Assembly: GCA_048939765.1 (NCBI GenBank)
Contig: JBHLPF010000027.1
Span: forward strand, 1 to 51,779
DNA length: 51,779 bases
Direction of reading: 5' to 3'
DNA from: Promethearchaeota archaeon
GTDB taxonomy: Archaea; Asgardarchaeota; Thorarchaeia; Thorarchaeales; Thorarchaeaceae
Made by a program: the position numbers and the translations under genes
The notes under the pieces: model-generated
Told to the model about the DNA's origin: nothing
Database searches by the model: none
The model's input: only the letters and a program-made list of their open reading frames with translations
Shown: in pieces, positions 46,010-51,779 of the stretch
Layout of the letters: each line of letters starts with the position of its first letter
How positions within the stretch are numbered: the stretch's first letter is position 1

Positions 46010-47245
46010 TCACCCTTTGGGCAGTCTCTGTGCAATGAAGACTGTAAGGTCGTCCACCTCAACCGAGCTGCCGCTCTTGAACAGGTTTGATTCAATCTGT
46101 GCTGTGCATAGCGGACATGGTGTCACCACTCGCTCGGCTCCAGTCTTGTCAATTGCAGCCAAGTTCTCTTGGACTACCGCTTCTGCTACGTCCTTTGAAT
46201 GGTATGCAACCATACCCCCTCCTCCACAGCACGAGTCTTCGGCCTCTGACACGACCACTCTGACACCACCAATCACTCGCAAGATTTCGATTGCATCCTG
46301 CATTGTTCGCCGCGATGTATGCCTTATGAGATGACAGGGATCGTGCACAGTAACTGTCACATCACTGAATTCCTTGGAGGATCCAAGTGCCGCCTTCAGT
46401 CTATCCAGACCAACCTCCTCAGCTAGATACTCAACCATATGATAGACCCGGACATCCCAGTTGTCGCGCAAGCAGATATCTGACAGATTGGATATACAAC
46501 CAGCACATGTTGTGACGATCTTCTTGACTCCAAGTTTTTCGACCTTATCCTTCAATGACCCAGCCAATCGTCTAGAAGTTTCATCATCACCCATAAGCGC
46601 TGATGGCAATCCACAGCAGCTCATGTCGTCAAGTAGAGTATAGTCTACACCAAAATAGCTGAGAACGACCTTCGCAGCCTCACGGATTTCTTGTGCCCGT
46701 TCCTCAGCTTGACAACCAGGATAGAATAAGACCTCGGCATCCTTCTTGATCACATCTTCAATATATGGGATGCCAAGACGCTCGAGCCGCACATCACGGC
46801 TCTCAGTTTTCTCTTCAGGATCCTCCCAGGGCTCAAACGCCAAGTTATGCTCCACAATAATCTCTCGAACTATGTGAAGACCCTTTGGAACAAGATCAGG
46901 CCGATGCTCAAAGATTCGTGCGCGTACAAGATTGACGACATCCGGAATATTGACGTTCTTCGGACATATCTCTCTACATGTGCCACAACCAGTACAGAGG
47001 TAGACTTTATCTCCAGTTGACCAGAACTCAGGAGGGGACCGGCTGAGTTCCACTGCTATACTTCTAGGTCCTGAGAATCTATCTACCCCGACTGCTGCAA
47101 CAACGGGACAGTGGTTGATACATAGACCACAGTTGATGCAGGCTTCCACTGAACGGACGGTTTCAATATCATCACTATGATATGGAGTGATGCGTTCTTC
47201 CTTCAGAGTATTCTTAACGAATTCAAAAGATTCTTCCTCAGTCAT
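46010..47245 (-). CDS. glpC: Anaerobic glycerol-3-phosphate dehydrogenase subunit C-like Fe-S/CCG protein
   Basis: Two 4Fe-4S motifs plus CCG domains; follows glpB with a 4-nt overlap. Confidence 0.8.
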   Translation of the reverse strand: MTEEESFEFVKNTLKEERITPYHSDDIETVRSVEACINCGLCINHCPVVAAVGVDRFSGPRSIAVELSRSPPEFWSTGDKVYLCTGCGTCREICPKNVNIPDVVNLVRARIFEHRPDLVPKGLHIVREIIVEHNLAFEPWEDPEEKTESRDVRLERLGIPYIEDVIKKDAEVLFYPGCQAEERAQEIREAAKVVLSYFGVDYTLLDDMSCCGLPSALMGDDETSRRLAGSLKDKVEKLGVKKIVTTCAGCISNLSDICLRDNWDVRVYHMVEYLAEEVGLDRLKAALGSSKEFSDVTVTVHDPCHLIRHTSRRTMQDAIEILRVIGGVRVVVSEAEDSCCGGGGMVAYHSKDVAEAVVQENLAAIDKTGAERVVTPCPLCTAQIESNLFKSGSSVEVDDLTVFIAQRLPKG

Positions 47246-48642
47246 CTAGCCACCTCCATTGCCAGTCTTGTGGCGAACTCGCCTGCGGCAAACCCAGTAC
47301 TGAGAGCAACTCCCAATCCACTCTTTTCCAGTGAATAGTTGTATTTCGCCAAGATCGATCCGGCGCAGAAGAGATTCTTTGCACTCTCGACTCCACTGGC
47401 ATCGATTGGTCTGAATTCCGTATCTACAGCTAGACCAGTTCCGAAGACTGCATGACCATCAGGACTAAGTGAGAACACGTTCGTATGATACGCAGGACGC
47501 ACATCCTCAGCTGGATACAGACTTGTAGTCACAGGCATGAGATCGAACACGGTCTCTCTGATTCCAGTTTCATCAGCCTCCAATCCACCCCCAATGAATT
47601 TCCCAGTTGCTAACACGACAGCCTTAGGTGAGATGGTCACCTCCCGATGTGGGCTCCGTGCCACAACATTCTCAACCATATCATTCTTGATGTTCGCAGA
47701 AGTTGCTTGATGCCCAATGAGAAGTGAGCCCCCAGCATTCTTGAATACGTCATCCATCGCTCTTTGAAGCCTAAAGCCTGGAACAGAGGGCGGTAATGCT
47801 AGCAGCTCAAATATCTCCACATTGAGCTCCTTTTGCAGCAGAGATTGATTATGCGATGCGTTGTCAATTCCCAAGACGGGCGGGAGCGCAATATGGGATG
47901 CGCCAAGTTGGTCTATGTGAGGTTTAAGGGCGGAGGCAAGAGCTGCGATAGACTCTTCATGGTCAAAATGCCTTGCGAGCTCAATAGATGAGATATTGTA
48001 TGGCTTGCCAAATGGGGCGATATTCAAAACGCAATGGCCAACCTTGTGGGGAGGTTCACCAATACGTACCTGGTTCTCAAGATATGCTCTTGTGGCAGAG
48101 AGTGCATCAAATTCAGCATGTCCACGAAAACCAGCGAAGACTAGTACGTTATCTGCATCTGAGTTCAGAGTTTCAGACCACATTGATTCCTGAATCAGAC
48201 ATGTTGGCTTCGTAGTTCCAAGTACGGTTATTGGATAGATATTCTGGTCAAACTCTCCGACGAGAGGGGCACAGGAATCAGTCAGTCGCTCCTTCAGCCA
48301 TGAAATGGACTTCTTCACATTTGCAATTACAGATTCCAGGATTCTGTCCTCATCTGCTCGAAATCCAAAAATGCCATACGGGTGAAAGGGAAACAGACTC
48401 AGAATTGCCTTGAGGCCTTCAGATGGAGTTTTGAATGGCACCTCAATATCTGGAAAATACTCCTTGAGAGCAAGCCCTTCGGGCGGATATCCTATAACGT
48501 CTATTGCACCTGATGAGTATGCAGTGGCACTTTGACCAGTTCTCAGCACCAGCGTTTCCAAGCCATTCTCTGATGCGACAGTGCCTGCCACAAGGCCAGC
48601 CATTCCACCACCAATGACCAAGACATCCGGAGTAGTGTTCAA
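47242..48642 (-). CDS. glpB: Anaerobic glycerol-3-phosphate dehydrogenase subunit B
   Basis: GGGMAG, SSGAID, PPSVPGFRL, LATGKFIGGGL, NLFCAGSIL, EKSGLGVA. Confidence 0.9.
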   Translation of the reverse strand: MNTTPDVLVIGGGMAGLVAGTVASENGLETLVLRTGQSATAYSSGAIDVIGYPPEGLALKEYFPDIEVPFKTPSEGLKAILSLFPFHPYGIFGFRADEDRILESVIANVKKSISWLKERLTDSCAPLVGEFDQNIYPITVLGTTKPTCLIQESMWSETLNSDADNVLVFAGFRGHAEFDALSATRAYLENQVRIGEPPHKVGHCVLNIAPFGKPYNISSIELARHFDHEESIAALASALKPHIDQLGASHIALPPVLGIDNASHNQSLLQKELNVEIFELLALPPSVPGFRLQRAMDDVFKNAGGSLLIGHQATSANIKNDMVENVVARSPHREVTISPKAVVLATGKFIGGGLEADETGIRETVFDLMPVTTSLYPAEDVRPAYHTNVFSLSPDGHAVFGTGLAVDTEFRPIDASGVESAKNLFCAGSILAKYNYSLEKSGLGVALSTGFAAGEFATRLAMEVAR

Positions 48643-50310
48643 CTAGCCGACCTCCTCCCAGGGTTTTGGGTCGTATTCAACATCAATCTGGTCAAGATTG
48701 CCAACGCACGCATAGAGACCTTGCGCTACTTCCTCCTGGGCCAATTGGGCACCTCTCATTGGAGGTCTAATCCCTTTCCAACGCTCAGCACGGAAGTCCA
48801 GTATGTCAACAAGATAGTCTGCACCAACCAGATCGAGTTCATCGGCAAGGATTGCTGCAGCTTTGTAGGTGCAGAAGGTACCTTGACATGGACCTGTTCC
48901 CAGACGCACACGTCGTCTCAAATCGTTCAATGTCTGAGGGAACTCATTCCTTATTGAGTATCGAATCTCAGCTTCAATAACAGGTTCGCAAGTGCAAATT
49001 GTGGTTCTCCATTCTGGGTGCTCCTTGGCGAGTTCTAGAATCTCCAGCATCTGTGTTCCTCGGCGAGCCCTCAAACGCTCCAGTGCGTGTTGAGAGATAT
49101 CATAGTCCTTTGCGAGGGATAGGACATCTACATCAGATTCCATGCCCGGGAGAGGTAGTTTATGAGTGGCGCATTTTGCTTCGACGCCGAGCTTCTTGCA
49201 GACGCCGTCCGTAACAGCTTCAGCCATGTGCCGACACATTACAAGTTTCCCACCTGTGAAGCTCAGCATGCCTGAAACGCCGTCAGACTCGTGATCAATG
49301 ATTTCGTAACCTCTCGTCACTTCGCCCTCTGGAACCTTCCAGGTCGGTACTAGAGGCCTGACCCCTTCCATAGTACGGATTATTCGGGCCTCTCTAATTG
49401 AGGGAATGACCCATTCAATGCTTTTCAAAAGGTATTCGATTTCGTCGTGAGTTGCAACAAGTGTGTCAGGGTTATCCCAAGTATCAAGAGCTGTTGTCCC
49501 AAGAAGAGTAGTGTTCTCATGTGGGAACAGGTAGATCATGCGCCCATCGACTGCCTTCGCTATTATTCCCACGTTCACCACTCGGCGGTCCAGGATTACA
49601 TGTGCGCCTTTATTCAACCTAAGATTCAGTTTTGCGCCGACCAAAGCTGCGATTCTATGGGCCCAAGGACCTCCGGCATTGATGATACTCTTGGTTGTTG
49701 AGGTTTCAAGTTCACCGGTGACTCGATTATAGTATGTGACACTCTCAATTGTTCCGTATCTCTCAGAAATTCCAACAACTTCACAATAGGTCTTAATCAC
49801 AGCACCGTTCGCTTGCGCATCCAATGCTTGAAGAAGACACAGGCGAAATGGGTCGATGAAGTATTCCTCGAAGTACATACTAGAGATGATGTCTGGATTA
49901 AGTAGAGGCTCTATCTCAAGCGCATCCTCAGGTTCCAAGAACAGTACTGGAGGAACATCTCTGGACTCTGCACGCTTGGAGTATTCAGCTGCAAAATTAC
50001 CCCCTGTGGAGAGATCACTCAGTTCCAAAATCGGAGTCAGTATTGGATTCTTCATTATAATATGTCGCGCAATATGGTTGAGATGGACAACTTCCTCCGA
50101 ACACAAGTCTACGATCTTAGGCTCATCCATATACTTCAAGCCGGAGGATATCATTCCTGCACATGTGCCGACTGTCGCAGAGGCGATGTCATCTCGCTCA
50201 AGAAGAAGTGTCTTGAGCCCTCTCAGAGCACAATCTCTTGCTGTAGCTGTGCCTGTGCTACCTCCGCCAATCACAACCACATCAAAGTCCGAATCATTCA
50301 AAGCGCTCAC
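48643..50310 (-). CDS. glpA: Anaerobic glycerol-3-phosphate dehydrogenase subunit A
   Basis: GGGSTG, DCALRG, SGLKY, NAGGPWA, GVRPL, GGKL and BFD-like CTCE...GPCQGTFC. Start may be TTG 50301 after GAGGTGA. Confidence 0.92.
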   Translation of the reverse strand: MSALNDSDFDVVVIGGGSTGTATARDCALRGLKTLLLERDDIASATVGTCAGMISSGLKYMDEPKIVDLCSEEVVHLNHIARHIIMKNPILTPILELSDLSTGGNFAAEYSKRAESRDVPPVLFLEPEDALEIEPLLNPDIISSMYFEEYFIDPFRLCLLQALDAQANGAVIKTYCEVVGISERYGTIESVTYYNRVTGELETSTTKSIINAGGPWAHRIAALVGAKLNLRLNKGAHVILDRRVVNVGIIAKAVDGRMIYLFPHENTTLLGTTALDTWDNPDTLVATHDEIEYLLKSIEWVIPSIREARIIRTMEGVRPLVPTWKVPEGEVTRGYEIIDHESDGVSGMLSFTGGKLVMCRHMAEAVTDGVCKKLGVEAKCATHKLPLPGMESDVDVLSLAKDYDISQHALERLRARRGTQMLEILELAKEHPEWRTTICTCEPVIEAEIRYSIRNEFPQTLNDLRRRVRLGTGPCQGTFCTYKAAAILADELDLVGADYLVDILDFRAERWKGIRPPMRGAQLAQEEVAQGLYACVGNLDQIDVEYDPKPWEEVG

Positions 50311-50355
50311 CTCTTCTAGGAGTTTTTTTCTGTGTGGTCATTGAAACCTCAGCCT

Positions 50356-51777
50356 TCAATAGTGTGCTAGAAGGGTAGGAAGCTCCGCCAGAATAAGCTT
50401 GTTGAACACCTCAAATCGTTTTTCGTAGACTTCAACATTTTCAGGAATTGGCTCTCTTTTCTCTTCAACGTGAAACATGTTATCAAAGGCTTCATCAAAT
50501 GAGCCATATACTCCAGATCCTAGCGCAGCAATCATAGCGGCACCAATAACCGTAGAGTCTCGAGCACGTGGCAAAACTACCGTCTTGCTAGTACAGTCAG
50601 CTATAATCTGTCGCCAGAGAGGCGAGTTAGCTCCTCCGCCATCGATTCTGAGCTCGCTGTAATTCTGATCGAGCATGACCTCCATCGTCTGAGCATAGAA
50701 CTGGATACCATATCCATTGCCTTCCATTATAGCTCGAGCGAAATGGGCCTTTGTGTGGTCAAAGCCCAGATTGTAGACAATGCCCTTTGTAAATGCCATG
50801 AAAGGGAAGAACACAAGCCCATCACTTCCAGCTGGCACATCCTTTGCCGAGGATTCCATTAACTCGAAGAGGTTTTCATTGCTCTTCGCTTCATAGAATT
50901 GATCACGATACCATTTGAATGCCCAACCTGTCCCCGGAAGGACACCCTCTAAAATCCAAGTTCCCTCAATCGCGCCGGGATTGCTATAAAGCACGTAAGG
51001 GTCTTCAACATATTTGTCCGTATGAACAGTGACGAAGGTGCCAGTTCCGGTAGTTGCTTTCATTAGGCCTGATTTTGTGATTCCTGTGCCTAAGGCAGAG
51101 CACTGCTGGTCACCAGATCCCATAATGACGGGCGTTCCCCTCCGGAGGCCAGTTGCCTTGGCGGATTCAGCGGTGATCTCTCCAATTGGTATACCTGAAT
51201 TCACAATTTCCGCATACCTGTCTGCCGAAACGCCTGTTTCTTCACAGATCTCATCCGACAATTTCATTGTTGTGTGATCAATCGGACCATATCGTGCGTT
51301 TGATGGATCTGCAACCATTGCACCGCATAGTCTGTTATTTAGAAACGCATCCAAGGTAACGAACTTATCAGCAGAATCGAAGAGTTTCTTCTTATTCTCA
51401 GACAACCACAGGATCTTCCTAAGACCTCGCCTAGGTCCTATCAACTCTGCAAGTTCATCCCGTTTCTTGCTTAAGCGGTTGTCCGTCCATAAGATAGTAG
51501 GACCAAGTGGATTGCCCTTCTTATCTACAGGTGTAAAGCAATCACGAGTTGTCGCCACAACAACGCCTTCTATAGCCTCTGCTCCTGGCTCATACCCCGA
51601 TATGGCCCGTTGCATGGTTGTGCATGATGCTCTCCAAAATGTGTCAGCCAGCTGCTCATGAGTTGCTAGCTCCTTTGGGGTTGGTGGATATTCCTCGTAT
51701 GCTTTGCTCAATTCGCGGCCTTCTTCATCCACAAGGACTGACCGCGTACCAGTCGTGCCGACATCAAATACTGCAAA
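50356..51777 (-). CDS. FGGY family carbohydrate kinase (glycerol/xylulose kinase-like), 5' truncated by window edge
   Basis: Frame is open to the edge. FDVGTTGTRS, LWTDNR, GDQQCSALG, GTGTF, DGGGANSPLWRQIIAD. Confidence 0.9.
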   Translation of the reverse strand, partial: FAVFDVGTTGTRSVLVDEEGRELSKAYEEYPPTPKELATHEQLADTFWRASCTTMQRAISGYEPGAEAIEGVVVATTRDCFTPVDKKGNPLGPTILWTDNRLSKKRDELAELIGPRRGLRKILWLSENKKKLFDSADKFVTLDAFLNNRLCGAMVADPSNARYGPIDHTTMKLSDEICEETGVSADRYAEIVNSGIPIGEITAESAKATGLRRGTPVIMGSGDQQCSALGTGITKSGLMKATTGTGTFVTVHTDKYVEDPYVLYSNPGAIEGTWILEGVLPGTGWAFKWYRDQFYEAKSNENLFELMESSAKDVPAGSDGLVFFPFMAFTKGIVYNLGFDHTKAHFARAIMEGNGYGIQFYAQTMEVMLDQNYSELRIDGGGANSPLWRQIIADCTSKTVVLPRARDSTVIGAAMIAALGSGVYGSFDEAFDNMFHVEEKREPIPENVEVYEKRFEVFNKLILAELPTLLAHY

Positions 51778-51779
51778 GA

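Noticed and set aside
50301-50341. Out-of-frame ATG (50341) plus an A7 run upstream of glpA suggesting frameshifting (would give MTTQKKLLEEVSALND)
   Set aside because: A GAGGTGA SD followed by in-frame TTG 50301 explains initiation more simply; a homopolymer error cannot be excluded without reads.
1-51779. tRNA/rRNA genes, CRISPR arrays, transposases/integrases, in-frame Sec codons
   Set aside because: I saw no T-loop/cloverleaf in intergenic gaps, no regularly spaced repeats, no recombinase motifs and no conserved domain interrupted by TGA.

Overview
A gene-dense archaeal chromosome segment, most likely from an Asgard archaeon and possibly Thorarchaeia. This is inferred from a longin-domain protein, an E2F/DP-like protein, archaeal PGI/PMI, PAC2 and PDCD5 genes, many TTG/GTG starts, and TATA and GAGGTG-type signals. 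I found no rRNA, tRNA, CRISPR array or mobile element. Housekeeping and metabolic genes include an IMPase fragment, HAD phosphatase, PGI/PMI, DUF92, SPFH-NfeD, COG2403/ArcE-like ATPase, PaaK-like ligase, MazG, PAC2, TatD, RsmB and ALDH. There is also an FGGY kinase-glpABC-AGPS-like-CCG-radical SAM-GNAT operon. Six features stand out. (1) A ~9.5 kb locus (15.5-25 kb) encodes three Cdc48/NSF-N-like + VWA proteins, a fourth VWA protein and an amidohydrolase. In it, the two-gene unit amidohydrolase -> Cdc48N-VWA is mirrored on the opposite strand as one fused, catalytically degenerate paralogue. (2) An E2F/DP-like transcription factor (KRRIYD) sits next to a 68-bp concentric compound palindrome. 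(3) A GCS2 carboxylate-amine ligase is fused to about six Ig-like domains and overlaps a degenerate N-formylglutamate amidohydrolase-like gene. (4) An HTH-pseudo-PfkB regulator is divergent from an ECF S-component, with a palindromic operator candidate between them. (5) There is a SNAP-like helical protein. (6) A structured AT-rich non-coding region may be an origin or an ncRNA. All family calls come from motif recognition by eye; no database searches were run.
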